Positions 1 to 9,440 of a stretch of 64,000 nucleotides of DNA are shown one piece after another. The position numbers and the translations under genes are program-made. The DNA lies in assembly GCA_041480425.1 (NCBI GenBank), contig JBGOZX010000004.1, forward strand, positions 1,076 through 65,075, given 5' to 3'. Position 1 is the stretch's first letter; every line of letters begins with the position of its first letter. The notes under the pieces are model-generated. The model did not search any database, had not been told where the DNA came from, and saw only the letters and a program-made list of their open reading frames with translations. Source of the DNA: Bacteroidia bacterium. GTDB taxonomy: Bacteria > Bacteroidota > Bacteroidia > Bacteroidales > VadinHA17.

Positions 1-264
1 GGAGTTTTTTCATAAAGGTTACCGAATGAGTCCTTAAGTGCATATTTGTTTGCCCAGACCCTTGCAGCCAGTTCATCTCCATTGAAATACTGAATGCTGG
101 CTATAACAGCTTCATCATGAGAATAGACATCCTTCTCGTTTTTCCTTTCCGGTGATTTATTCACATTCTTCCCGACTTCTTTTTTCATGATTTCAGATGA
201 AAGTTTTTCATTTGTTGCTTTTTCCGATGCAATAGCTGACTCCTGAACAAATAGCTCTCCCATA
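1..264 (-). CDS. nrdJ: adenosylcobalamin-dependent (class II) ribonucleotide reductase, N-terminal fragment; gene runs off the left edge
   Basis: My own minus-strand translation from ATG 264..262 gives MGELFVQESAIASEK...IASIQYFNGDELAARVWANKYALKDSFGNLYEKTP. The YFNGDELAA.VW.NKYALKD block is the N-terminal signature I associate with class II RNR. It is absent from the ORF track because there is no stop inside the window. Confidence 0.55.
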
Positions 265-546
265 TAATAAATATAATTCTGTTATTCTCTGATTCTGATG
301 AGATTAAACGGCCACTGATTTTTAAAGCGGGTAATTGCTAAATTAGGTAAGCATATATCTCAATGCAAGACAAAATTTTTAAGTTTATTAACATTTGACT
401 TAATAGTTATTAACCAAGTTGCTATAGCCTGTATATCAGCATTTTACGAGGCAGGTATGGGGCCTAAATCAATTGCTTAAATGTAAAGTCTTTAATAATC
501 TGATGATTAAAAACCAGTTAAAGAATTGTAATAAGAAAAGGAAAAA

Positions 547-580
547 TTAAAAAAAAGGCTGTTAAAAATTTAACAGCCTC
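547..580 (-). terminator. rho-independent terminator of the TonB-dependent receptor gene
   Basis: 10-bp stem AGGCTGTTAA (556-565) / TTAACAGCCT (570-579) with a 4-nt loop. It lies 24 nt after the stop at 604 and is followed on the minus strand by a T-run (plus-strand A-run 549-555). Confidence 0.7.
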
Positions 581-603
581 CTGATACAAAAATTTAAATA
601 CCG

Positions 604-3600
604 TTAATTGAAAATATATCTCAGACCAATCTGACCTCTCCAGCGTGAACTGAAATCAGAAAACAAATAGGAGTTGCCGTTTGTCTGACCTGATGCATCA
701 TATGTGAAAGTTGGCGAGGTAGTACTTACCTGCCCTTTGTAATTAAGAAGGGCAAACTGCTGGTTGGCAGCATAGATTGAACGTCCCCATTCTTTCTTCA
801 GCATATTGCCTACATTAAGGATATCAAAAGTTACCTGGAGTTTATTTGTTGTACTTCCGACTTTTACTTTAAACTCCTGAAGAATGCGGAAATCAAACTG
901 ATGCTGGAATGGCAGACGGGCGGCATTACGTTCGGCATACTGTCCCCTGTGTGGGCCCAGGTATTTATCTTTTGCAATAAAGGCAGCAAGTGCAATCCAT
1001 TGTTCAGCAGGAGTTACAGCAGGTGCTGTACCGGCAGCCGGAATGGTAATCAGATTAATCTCTGACTGAGTTGCAGGGATATAGATCATGTCGTTGGTAG
1101 TACCATCGTTATTCATATCGCCGTTATAGATGTATGAAAGGGGCTGCCCTGACTGTCCGTTATAGAAGAGTGATACCTGGGTTGATAAAACACCATTCAG
1201 ATACTCTTTTTTGTAGGAAATAAGGCCGGTAATCCTTGATCCAAGATCGAAGTTTGATCTTGTGAGACGAAGATCATTCAGACCATAAACATTGTTCACA
1301 TAGCGCCAGTTTGAATATGCTACACTTGAAGTACCCGAGTTCAGATCCATCGATTTTCCAAAGGTGTATGAAGCCTGAGCATTGAAACCCTTTTCAAACT
1401 GTTTCTGTAACATGAAAACAAAGTTATACGAATACCCATCATTGGTGTTTTCAAACTTTACGATCTCTTCAAAATTAGCATTTATCCTGCCTGAAACATA
1501 TCTTGGTCTTTTATCAACACCATCAAATGTAAAGGCCGGATCAACTTTCCTGTTCATGTTAATGAAGTTGACATTATTATAAGTTTTACTGAAGATTCCT
1601 TCTATTGTTGCAATAATGCCCCATGGGAGTCTCTTGTCAATTGCCAGATTGGTTCTGAATACCTGTGGAAATTCCAGATTTTTGTCAACAATGTTGATTG
1701 CCCCTCTTCCAGCGACCTTCCCGAGGTCAGTTGCAAGTTTCTGAGCATAAGGATCTGCAATAAACAATAATCCGGCCGGATTGGTTATCGGGTTGGCACT
1801 GGAAGATGAACTTCCGACACTATAAGCGCCGTTAACCTGTCCGTTGTTAGTAAACTGGTTGGATATCCAGACGAAAGGTACCCGACCTGTAAACAAACCT
1901 GATCCGCCTCTGATCTGAGTAGTTTTATTACCAAAAACATCCCAGTTAAAACCTAAACGTGGTGACCACATAATTTTTGTCTGTGGAAGAACACCGGTAG
2001 CTACATTTTCAGCAGCATAGGCAGTGTTAAAATCTGCATTTGCCTGGGGGTTTACAGGAAATACCGGAATATCTATACGAAGGCCACCTGTTACCTGAAT
2101 TCTGTCTGTCATCTGATATTCGTCCTGTGCATAAAAACCAAGCAGCATAGAAGTAAATGCAGCTGCTCCTTTACTTTGTGAAGGATTGTCAGTTCCATCA
2201 AATGAATATCCAATTGCGTAGTATGTCGGGGCAACCTCGCCGGGAAGTCCTACTGTTTCAAAATTTTCAAGAGTTTTATAAGCATAACTCCCGTAAATAT
2301 TCTGGACAAAAAGATTATAAAATTTATATAATTCATTATGGGTTCCGATCGTAATTGAATGTTTCCCGCTGAAAATACTGAAGTCATCAGTAAGCGAATA
2401 AATATCCTGATTAAGCAAATTGGCTACTGATGAGTATTCACTTCCGATGGTCGCTGATTTACCACCACCAAGGTTAATATAAATTGTGGGGAAATCAGGT
2501 CCGATAGGATTACGGTCATCATGCACCTTTGTGAGGCCAAGCATAAGACGATTGGATTTGTCGTTACTTATGATACTATTAAGTTCGAGACCTGTTGAAT
2601 TGGTTGTACTCGGGAAAAAGTATCCGTTATTGTAAAAACGTAAAGAGCTGGGAGAACGGCTGATATTGATGTTCTCACCATAGGTATAGCTATGCCTGAG
2701 GATTAATTTATGCCTGTTACTTATGTTCCAGTTAATCTTTGCAAGGATCTTATTGCTATTTGTTTCACTGTTGATATCCAGATAACTTCCGGGATCGTAA
2801 GCGGGAGCGACTCTGTCTAAAACAGCAATTATCCGGTTAACTTCATCAAGAGTAATATTTGAAGTAGGTGATCCGGGCAAATTTGCCAGCGGATAGGATT
2901 GTCTTGCGATTTCCCCGTTAATAAAGAAAAATAACTTGTTTTTAACAATCGGGCCACCCAGAGTGAACCCGCCCTGATAATCTGTATAGTTTGCTATCGG
3001 AGATTTTGTATTGGTTTTTGGTTCATTTTTCCCGACAAATTTTGCGTTGTTCCCATAATAATAGGCTGAGCCGGTAAATTTATTTGTCCCGCTTTTTGTA
3101 ATTGCATTGATACCACCACCGGTAAAACCGCTCTGACGGATATCGTAAGGAGCAATGTTGATCTGGAACTCTTCAATAGCATCCAGGCTTATTGGCTCAA
3201 TTCCTGCTTGTCCTCCGTTTGTACCGGAAGAGGTCAGTCCAAAAACATCATTGGTTACCAGGCCGTCAATTGCGAACTGATTATACCTGTTATTGGCACC
3301 AGCAAAAGAGGTACCGCTTCCAGCCGTATTAGCCAGGGGACTCATCTTGGTAAAATCTTTCAGACCTCTTGAAATGGTAGGAACAGACGAAACCATCTCA
3401 TTTGAAACGTTTATTGCAGCACCAGTCCGTTCTGAATTTATTATACTGGTTTTACCGGCTGACACTACTACTTCATTAAGACTGGTTACAGATGGAGCAA
3501 GTGTCACAGTGATATCACTTACGTTACCAAGACTTAAAATAATATCGTTATAGACCTTAGGATTATAACCCACGAAAGTTATTGTTACCTGATAAGGACC

Positions 3601-3837
3601 CCCTACTCTCATATTGTTGATCGAGAAGCGCCCCTCATCGTTTGCAAGAATACCATACTGTGTCCCTGATGGGATATGTATTGCAACAACTGAAGCACCG
3701 GGAAGAGCATCATTTTTTTCATCAACAACCCGCCCTTTCAGACTTGATGTTGTTACCTGGCTAAAGGCATTTGTTAAAAACACCAAAACCATAAGACTTG
3801 ACATAATTAGTTTTAGTAAAACTCTTTTCATATGCAT
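604..3837 (-). CDS. large TonB-dependent outer-membrane receptor with N-terminal carboxypeptidase-regulatory-like domain (Oar-type)
   Basis: 1077-aa ORF with signal peptide MKRVLLKLIMSSLMVLVFLTNAFSQ and a CarboxypepD_reg-like start (LKGRVVDEKNDALPGASVVAIH). A long Gly/Asn/Tyr-rich barrel ends in GLRYIFN. There is no SusD-like neighbour, so it is not a PUL SusC. Confidence 0.85.
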   Translation of the reverse strand: MHMKRVLLKLIMSSLMVLVFLTNAFSQVTTSSLKGRVVDEKNDALPGASVVAIHIPSGTQYGILANDEGRFSINNMRVGGPYQVTITFVGYNPKVYNDIILSLGNVSDITVTLAPSVTSLNEVVVSAGKTSIINSERTGAAINVSNEMVSSVPTISRGLKDFTKMSPLANTAGSGTSFAGANNRYNQFAIDGLVTNDVFGLTSSGTNGGQAGIEPISLDAIEEFQINIAPYDIRQSGFTGGGINAITKSGTNKFTGSAYYYGNNAKFVGKNEPKTNTKSPIANYTDYQGGFTLGGPIVKNKLFFFINGEIARQSYPLANLPGSPTSNITLDEVNRIIAVLDRVAPAYDPGSYLDINSETNSNKILAKINWNISNRHKLILRHSYTYGENINISRSPSSLRFYNNGYFFPSTTNSTGLELNSIISNDKSNRLMLGLTKVHDDRNPIGPDFPTIYINLGGGKSATIGSEYSSVANLLNQDIYSLTDDFSIFSGKHSITIGTHNELYKFYNLFVQNIYGSYAYKTLENFETVGLPGEVAPTYYAIGYSFDGTDNPSQSKGAAAFTSMLLGFYAQDEYQMTDRIQVTGGLRIDIPVFPVNPQANADFNTAYAAENVATGVLPQTKIMWSPRLGFNWDVFGNKTTQIRGGSGLFTGRVPFVWISNQFTNNGQVNGAYSVGSSSSSANPITNPAGLLFIADPYAQKLATDLGKVAGRGAINIVDKNLEFPQVFRTNLAIDKRLPWGIIATIEGIFSKTYNNVNFINMNRKVDPAFTFDGVDKRPRYVSGRINANFEEIVKFENTNDGYSYNFVFMLQKQFEKGFNAQASYTFGKSMDLNSGTSSVAYSNWRYVNNVYGLNDLRLTRSNFDLGSRITGLISYKKEYLNGVLSTQVSLFYNGQSGQPLSYIYNGDMNNDGTTNDMIYIPATQSEINLITIPAAGTAPAVTPAEQWIALAAFIAKDKYLGPHRGQYAERNAARLPFQHQFDFRILQEFKVKVGSTTNKLQVTFDILNVGNMLKKEWGRSIYAANQQFALLNYKGQVSTTSPTFTYDASGQTNGNSYLFSDFSSRWRGQIGLRYIFN

Positions 3838-3843
3838 GATTTT

Positions 3844-3864
3844 AAGGATTAAGGATTAAGGATT
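3844..3864. repeat. perfect heptamer tandem repeat (AAGGATT)x3 directly upstream of the receptor start codon
   Basis: AAGGATT occurs at 3844-3850, 3851-3857 and 3858-3864, followed by the partial unit AG. The block begins 7 nt from ATG 3837 (minus strand). Confidence 0.9.
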
Positions 3865-3994
3865 AGTAAAATATCGTAAAAGTAATTGTATTAAATTGAT
3901 TGTCAACCTATTCCGCCACTTTGCTCTTCTTAAATCCGGAATCACAATTTACATCTCTTTAAATGAAGCCTTTTAAACGAGCGCATGCTAGTTG

Positions 3995-5305
3995 TTAACA
4001 ATTTATAAGAGGGGGGTTGTTAATATCTTTTTGAGTAATTTTTGTCATTATTTTAACTGTCGCACCCGTATTATGCCTGACATATCTTGCTGCAGAAATT
4101 GATGATTTTAAGTAAATCCCCTCATCCGACAACCAGTTTTCAAGAATAAATGTAAATTCTTCGAATGATTTAAAACTTTTGGCACCATTTTGGTTAATTA
4201 AATCAATTGCCTCCCTGAACTTTTTATAGTTAGGGCCATATACTACCGGGATTCCCCAACAGGCAGGTTCAAGTATGTTATGGATCCCTTTACCAAATCC
4301 ACCTCCGATAGCCGCAATATAAGCATATCTGTATGCCGAAGAAAGCATGCCAATATTATCCATGATCAGTACTCTTGCCTCAGCAGAGCCTTCGGAGAAT
4401 TCAGAAAACCTGACAACGCTGACACTGAAAAGTTTTTCGAGCCTCTCAATATTTGCCTTATCAATTTCGTGTGGCGCAAAAACCCACTTCATCTTTCCGG
4501 GATTCCTGTTAATATATTTTGCAATTATCTCTTCATCCTGCCACCAGCTGCTACCAGCCAGGAACAGTTTCTCCTTCCCGCGGAAATGATCAAGCTGAGG
4601 AATATCCTGTGCTGCATCTGCAATCTGAATTACCCTGTCGAAACGGGTATCACCGGTAATCGAAACATTTTCAACACCAATCCCCTTAAGCAGATCCATT
4701 GATTGTTTATCCTGGACAAAAATATGGCTGAACCTGAAAAGTATTTTTCTGAAAAACGATCCGTACCATTTAAAAAAATGCTGCTCTGGCCTGAACATAC
4801 CTGAAACAAGAAATAACGGGATCCTGTTTCTGTAAAGTACTGATATATAATTGTCCCAGAATTCATATTTTACGAAAATGGCAAAGACCGGGTTGACAAT
4901 TGAAATAAATTTCCTTGCATTCCAGGGAGTATCAGAAGGAAGATAACATACATAATCGGCATTGGAATAATTTTTTCGGATCTCATATCCGGAAGGAGAA
5001 AAGAATGTCAGAATTATTTTATTTTCCGGCATTTCCTTTTTAATCATATCAATTACCGGTCTTCCCTGCTCAAACTCACCCAGTGAGGCACAGTGAATCC
5101 ATATATATTTATTTTCAGGATTGATTTTTTGTTTCAACAAAGCTTCCCAGTTCTTCCTGCCACTGATCCATAACCGTGTCTTAGTATTAAATGGGGATAA
5201 TAGCTTAGCCAGAACTGTATATATCAGTATCCCAAGATTATAAATTGCTCCCATATATTGCTTTTTCGAATGGTCAAAGTTAACAAAAGCCTGTTTGAAA
5301 ACCAT
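3995..5305 (-). CDS. waaA: 3-deoxy-D-manno-octulosonic acid (Kdo) transferase
   Basis: 436-aa ORF with the Kdo-transferase N-domain motif WIHCASLGEFEQGRPVI and a GT-B C-terminal half. An alternative start is M18 at 5254. Confidence 0.85.
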   Translation of the reverse strand: MVFKQAFVNFDHSKKQYMGAIYNLGILIYTVLAKLLSPFNTKTRLWISGRKNWEALLKQKINPENKYIWIHCASLGEFEQGRPVIDMIKKEMPENKIILTFFSPSGYEIRKNYSNADYVCYLPSDTPWNARKFISIVNPVFAIFVKYEFWDNYISVLYRNRIPLFLVSGMFRPEQHFFKWYGSFFRKILFRFSHIFVQDKQSMDLLKGIGVENVSITGDTRFDRVIQIADAAQDIPQLDHFRGKEKLFLAGSSWWQDEEIIAKYINRNPGKMKWVFAPHEIDKANIERLEKLFSVSVVRFSEFSEGSAEARVLIMDNIGMLSSAYRYAYIAAIGGGFGKGIHNILEPACWGIPVVYGPNYKKFREAIDLINQNGAKSFKSFEEFTFILENWLSDEGIYLKSSISAARYVRHNTGATVKIMTKITQKDINNPPLINC

Positions 5306-5345
5306 ATCAGTTTAAAATTTGAATCCAGTTAATCGAATTAACTTA

Positions 5346-5353
5346 TACTTTTG
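5346..5353 (+). promoter_or_regulatory. Bacteroidota -7 promoter box (TAnnTTTG)
   Basis: TACTTTTG lies 21 nt upstream of ATG 5375. It overlaps the TTG start at 5351 proposed by the ORF track, which favours the ATG. Confidence 0.45.
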
Positions 5354-5374
5354 TATAATAATACCCGTGCGTTT

Positions 5375-6322
5375 ATGGTAAGACTAGTTGCCCTGATTAT
5401 CTCCATTGTTCTGCAAATCATTGCTGCCTCCATTGCCCTCCGGTTCATGAAGCTTACAAAATACCGGCTTTCATGGATACTTCTTTCATTATCATTCGTT
5501 TTCATGGCAGTTCGTAAGATTATTCAGCTTTTTGAATATTTCCGCGGTACCCCTTCGTATACATGGCAAATGATCGATGAATGGATAGGAGTTCTTATAT
5601 CATTTATGATAATAGTAGGGGTTGTTCTGATCCGTGAGTTGTTCTATTCCCTTAAACGGGCTGAAATTGATCGTCTTCGGTCTGAAAAAAGAGTAATTAG
5701 TGCAATTATTAATACCGAGGAAAACGAAAGGAAAAGATTTGCGAAAGACCTGCATGATGGACTTGGCCCGTTGATGTCAACTGTTAAAATGTCTCTTTCA
5801 GCACTTAATGAAAGAATTAAGGATCCTGCAGGAACTGTTATACTTAATAACACCAATCATCTTGTTAATGAAGCCATCAGTACCATCAAAGATATCTCAA
5901 ATAATCTCAGCCCCCATATTTTGTCCAATTTCGGGCTTACAAGCGCGATAAGTACCTTTACAACAAAAATTAATCAGACCAGGGCCATTGAAATTGACTT
6001 CAAATCGAACATGGAAAATCAAAGGCTTGAAAATGACAAAGAAGTAGTTATCTATAGAGCTGTATGTGAGCTTATTAACAACTCCGTTAAACACTCCGGA
6101 GCCTCCAGGATTGAGATAGAATTAAACAAACACGAAAAATTTATTACCTTGCAGTTTTATGATAACGGTCGTGGTTTCGACACCTCTTCACTCACCGAAG
6201 AAGATACAAAAGGAATGGGGCTTTCAAATATTGAGACCCGTGTCAGATCAGTTGATGGTGTTTTCATTCTCGAAAGCACCCCGGGAAAGGGAACCAGTGC
6301 TCTTATCAAAGTAATTGAATGA
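5375..6322 (+). CDS. sensor histidine kinase, HisKA_3 (NarX/LiaS/DesK-like) class, membrane-embedded input
   Basis: Three N-terminal TM helices with no sizeable external loop. H-box FAKDLHDGLGPLMS; HATPase_c motifs ELINNSVKHS, DNGRGF and GMGLSN. Confidence 0.8.
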   Translation: MVRLVALIISIVLQIIAASIALRFMKLTKYRLSWILLSLSFVFMAVRKIIQLFEYFRGTPSYTWQMIDEWIGVLISFMIIVGVVLIRELFYSLKRAEIDRLRSEKRVISAIINTEENERKRFAKDLHDGLGPLMSTVKMSLSALNERIKDPAGTVILNNTNHLVNEAISTIKDISNNLSPHILSNFGLTSAISTFTTKINQTRAIEIDFKSNMENQRLENDKEVVIYRAVCELINNSVKHSGASRIEIELNKHEKFITLQFYDNGRGFDTSSLTEEDTKGMGLSNIETRVRSVDGVFILESTPGKGTSALIKVIE

Positions 6323-6346
6323 CTCTTAAAAATCAGAATTTTGCTC

Positions 6347-6988
6347 ATGGAAAAGATAAGGATAATAATTGCAGACGATCACCAGCTCTTTCGCAACGGA
6401 TTAAAAATACTCCTCAACGCATTCCCCGATTTTGAGATTGTTGGAGAAGCTTCAAACGGAGAGGAGTTTCTCAAAATCCTCAGGAACACACAGGCTGATA
6501 TTGCACTTATGGATATAAATATGCCTGAGATGGATGGAATTGAGGCAACAAGGAAAGGCCTTAAACTCTGTCCGGGTATCAATATTATTGCTCTCTCAAT
6601 GTATGGTGAAGAGGAGTATTATTATAAAATGGTTGATGCCGGAGCTAAAGGATTCATTCTTAAAGATTCAGATATCTCAGAAGTTAAGGAGGCCATCCTT
6701 ACTATCAGAAAAGGAGGCAGCTATTTCTCTCAGGAACTTTTATATCATGTAATACAAAAAATAAAACACAGGGAAAACGAAAGTAAATCTGCAAATCTGT
6801 CGAAAAGGGAGAAAGAAATTCTACTGAAAATATGTGAAGGGCTTTCCAATCAGGAAATTGCCGGGTCTCTTTTCATCAGCAAAAGAACCGTTGATAAACA
6901 CAGGGCTAACCTTCTTGGAAAAACCAATTCAAAAAATACTGCAAGCCTTATTCTTTTTGCAATAAGAAATAAGCTGATAGAAATTTAA
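6347..6988 (+). CDS. response regulator, NarL/FixJ (LuxR-type HTH) family
   Basis: REC domain (IIIADDH ... ALMDINMPEMDG) plus GerE HTH (LSKREKEILLKICEGLSNQEIAGSLFISKRTVDKHRANL). It starts 25 nt after the kinase stop. The ATG is at 6347 (the track used TTG 6341). Confidence 0.85.
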   Translation: MEKIRIIIADDHQLFRNGLKILLNAFPDFEIVGEASNGEEFLKILRNTQADIALMDINMPEMDGIEATRKGLKLCPGINIIALSMYGEEEYYYKMVDAGAKGFILKDSDISEVKEAILTIRKGGSYFSQELLYHVIQKIKHRENESKSANLSKREKEILLKICEGLSNQEIAGSLFISKRTVDKHRANLLGKTNSKNTASLILFAIRNKLIEI

Positions 6989-7016
6989 TCGCTTTTTTGC
7001 TGTAAATCAACCACAT

Positions 7017-7382
7017 ATGGCCGAATCACATAATCTTGGGCAAAAAGGAGAAGATCTTGCTGCAGAGTATCTGAAAAAAGCAGGTTACAGGATCCGCCAC
7101 CGAAACTGGAAATCAGGAAAAAGAGAGTTGGATATTGTTGCCGAAAACAAAGATTTTATTGTCTTTGTTGAAGTTAAAACACGAACCGACGATTACCAGA
7201 TGCATCCTGTCAGTGCAGTTACCCGCGAGAAACAGAGATCAATTATCTATGCAGCTGATGGCTACCTCCAAACGTATGATATCAGTAAGGAGAGCCGGTT
7301 TGATGTAATTACAATCATTTCAAAAGGCAAAACATCAGAGATCGACCATATTGAAAATGCTTTTTATCCTACTTTGAGATGA
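7017..7382 (+). CDS. YraN/UPF0102 family endonuclease-like protein
   Basis: 121 aa with the family pattern GEDLAAEYLKKAGYRIRHRNW...ELDIVAENKDFIVFVEVKTR. Confidence 0.7.
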   Translation: MAESHNLGQKGEDLAAEYLKKAGYRIRHRNWKSGKRELDIVAENKDFIVFVEVKTRTDDYQMHPVSAVTREKQRSIIYAADGYLQTYDISKESRFDVITIISKGKTSEIDHIENAFYPTLR

Positions 7383-7392
7383 ATCTTTGCAG

Positions 7393-7713
7393 ATGAATAT
7401 AGAATCATTAAGAGAATACTGTGTTTCGAAAAAGTATGTCACCGAAAGTTTCCCATTTGGCGATGACACGCTTGTTTTTAAAGCTGACGGAAAGATATTT
7501 GCCCTGGTAAACCTTGAAGGTGATCTGAGTTTAAATCTGAAATGTGATCCCGCATTAGCCATTGAACTCCGGGAAAGATACGATTCAGTGAGGCCGGGCT
7601 ATCATATGAATAAAAAACACTGGAATACAGTTATACTTGATGGCTCAGTAACAGATAAAGAGGTACTCTCCTGGATTGATCACTCATATAACCTTATTAT
7701 CGGAAAAAAATAA
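7393..7713 (+). CDS. MmcQ/YjbR family DNA-binding protein
   Basis: About 106 aa. The N-terminus (LREYCVSKKYVTESFPFGDDTLVFKADGKIFA) and the PGYHMNKKHWNTV block are typical of YjbR-like proteins. The ATG is at 7393. Confidence 0.65.
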   Translation: MNIESLREYCVSKKYVTESFPFGDDTLVFKADGKIFALVNLEGDLSLNLKCDPALAIELRERYDSVRPGYHMNKKHWNTVILDGSVTDKEVLSWIDHSYNLIIGKK

Positions 7714-7817
7714 TTTCTTTTATTTTTTTTTAGCTTAGCGTTTTATTTAAATTCATTTCCCCGGGAAAGTTTGTAATTAAATTCTTAAAATATGAAACCC
7801 TAACTGGGCTTATAAAT

Positions 7818-8807
7818 CTATTCCACCATCAGATTGCATCCACGGATATCGCTGTTTTCAAATCTCCCAAGTACTTCAAAACCGCCATCTTCATGAAGTT
7901 TTCCGAGGTCGCCGGTGGCAATAAATGAACAGGAGTAGAGATTTGCCAGATCAATAATGTTTATTCCTCCAACCCTCCCGGGTTCAGAAATAACGGAAAG
8001 AGGATCCTGTGGATCCCTGATAATTATCTTCATCCAGGTAGGACAATAAAAAATTCCTTTCCCTTTTGAATATGCCTGACTCATAAGCTCCGTCATTCCA
8101 TATTCAGAATGGATAAGCGGAACATTGAATTTCCCTGATAAAATCTCATGAAGTTCCTCCCTGGTTACCTCTTTCCGTCTTCCTTTCATTCCTCCTGTCT
8201 CCATTACAATGGTTCCTGAAAGGTCAGGTGCAAAATTTTCAGCAAGATCGAGAAGTGCAAAACTTACGCCAACCAATAAGGTTTTTTGTTGCCTGGTTTT
8301 TGCTTTCTGTAAGTTAGAGATCAGATCCTGGTAATTGTTTTTAAAGAAACCGCTTTGTAGATGCACGCTTCTGTTTATCAGACCATTCATCATGTAAACA
8401 AGAGATGAATTTCCCCGTTCGGTATACGACGGCAGTAACGCGGCAATATAATAATCGGAAGGTTCCCCGTAAAAAAGCGTGAATGTTCTCAGAAAACTCT
8501 CTTCATATATTTTTAAATCATGGACATAATGGTGACTTGCAGAAGTTCCTGAAGTCCTGCTGCTTTCAAAAACAACTTCGGCCGGAAGGTTTTCAGTAAT
8601 TACTTTTTGACTTCTGAAAAACTCCACAGGCAGGAACGGGATATCTGAGATAGTCTTTACCGCACCTTTCTTTTTTCCCAGACTGGTCAAAAAGTTCTGA
8701 TATACGGGGTTATTATCTGCCTGATAGTTAAATATTTCAAGAGTTATTTCAGAGAATTTCTTTTGATTATTTAGTTTGAAGATCCTGCCAGACAAATCTG
8801 TTCTCAT
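7818..8807 (-). CDS. LuxE/PaaK-like acyl-adenylate-forming enzyme (annotated in relatives as acyl transferase / acyl-protein synthetase)
   Basis: 329 aa. The N-terminal pattern IFNYQADNNPVYQNFL...ISDIPFLPVEFFRSQKV and the FESSRTSGTSASHHYV motif resemble the LuxE acyl-protein synthetase family. Assignment is from memory. Confidence 0.55.
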   Translation of the reverse strand: MRTDLSGRIFKLNNQKKFSEITLEIFNYQADNNPVYQNFLTSLGKKKGAVKTISDIPFLPVEFFRSQKVITENLPAEVVFESSRTSGTSASHHYVHDLKIYEESFLRTFTLFYGEPSDYYIAALLPSYTERGNSSLVYMMNGLINRSVHLQSGFFKNNYQDLISNLQKAKTRQQKTLLVGVSFALLDLAENFAPDLSGTIVMETGGMKGRRKEVTREELHEILSGKFNVPLIHSEYGMTELMSQAYSKGKGIFYCPTWMKIIIRDPQDPLSVISEPGRVGGINIIDLANLYSCSFIATGDLGKLHEDGGFEVLGRFENSDIRGCNLMVE

Positions 8808-9340
8808 TTACCAGGGAAAGTTAACGATCCGTCAGGCTGATAGACCCATTCAAAAGTACACTCTGCATAAGCTTTGCCACTTCGTTGTTCAGATACAGTA
8901 TTCACAATTCTGAATTTTGCATAGTGTTCCGTGCCTGATCTGAAAATCCAGACTTGATTTGCTTTGATGGAATCTCCCCATTCTTCCCATTGAGAAACCG
9001 AGGCTGAAGTCAGATTTTTAAATGCCACTTCAGCAGATGAAGCGTCGGGGTATTTCCCCACTTTGAAGAATGAGTTTTTGAAATTTTCGGTCTGCAGAAT
9101 CAGTCTTCTTATAGTTCCATCTATATCAGTATCTGCAATAAGGGCTATATCAGGGCCCGGGTCATTAAGCGTAGATACTTTTTTTGCCTCGGAAAAAGAA
9201 AATCCTAAAGCATAATAGGGTCCGTTACCAAACAAAGTATTGTCGATGGTATCGGTTCCGGACAGACGCGGATTGTCATTTTTCCTGCAACCCAACAGGG
9301 ATACCATTACAATAAATATTATGGAAATTTGCTTCTTCAT
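8804..9340 (-). CDS. hypothetical lipoprotein
   Basis: Signal peptide plus lipobox MKKQISIIFIVMVSLLGC. Its stop overlaps the LuxE-like start by 4 nt (ATGA). ATG 9340 is preferred over the track's GTG at 9349, which lies inside the -7 box. Confidence 0.6.
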   Translation of the reverse strand: MKKQISIIFIVMVSLLGCRKNDNPRLSGTDTIDNTLFGNGPYYALGFSFSEAKKVSTLNDPGPDIALIADTDIDGTIRRLILQTENFKNSFFKVGKYPDASSAEVAFKNLTSASVSQWEEWGDSIKANQVWIFRSGTEHYAKFRIVNTVSEQRSGKAYAECTFEWVYQPDGSLTFPGK

Positions 9341-9348
9341 AATCAACA

Positions 9349-9356
9349 CAAAGATA
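9349..9356 (-). promoter_or_regulatory. Bacteroidota -7 promoter box (TAnnTTTG)
   Basis: The minus strand reads TATCTTTG, 8 nt upstream of ATG 9340. This implies a very short leader. Confidence 0.4.
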
Positions 9357-9383
9357 AATGAATTTAATAATGTATTACGCTGT

Positions 9384-9413
9384 AAAAAATTAAGGCTGCC
9401 ATACCGGCAGCCT
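9384..9413 (-). terminator. rho-independent terminator of pgk
   Basis: 8-bp GC-rich stem AGGCTGCC (9393-9400) / GGCAGCCT (9406-9413) with a 5-nt loop. On the minus strand it is followed by TTAATTTTTT. It lies 28 nt after the pgk stop. Confidence 0.7.
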
Positions 9414-9440
9414 CATATAAGTAATTTATAAGCCTTTAAT

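Noticed and set aside
311-317. GCCACTG, the core of the cobalamin-riboswitch B12 box, near a B12-dependent RNR gene
   Set aside because: It is on the plus strand with no downstream plus-strand gene. None of the other conserved riboswitch segments (for example the GGTG..AATCC region) flank it. A 7-mer match is expected by chance.
265-603. NrdR-box-like AT-rich palindromes upstream of nrdJ
   Set aside because: Only weak partial matches (for example GCATATATCTC) are present. I could not find two properly spaced 16-bp boxes.
7756-7768. TTTCCCCGGGAAA palindrome between convergent yjbR-like and LuxE-like genes, considered as a terminator
   Set aside because: It is a near-perfect palindrome with no loop nucleotides, centred on CCCGGG, so it cannot form a stable RNA hairpin. 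No U-tract is adjacent.
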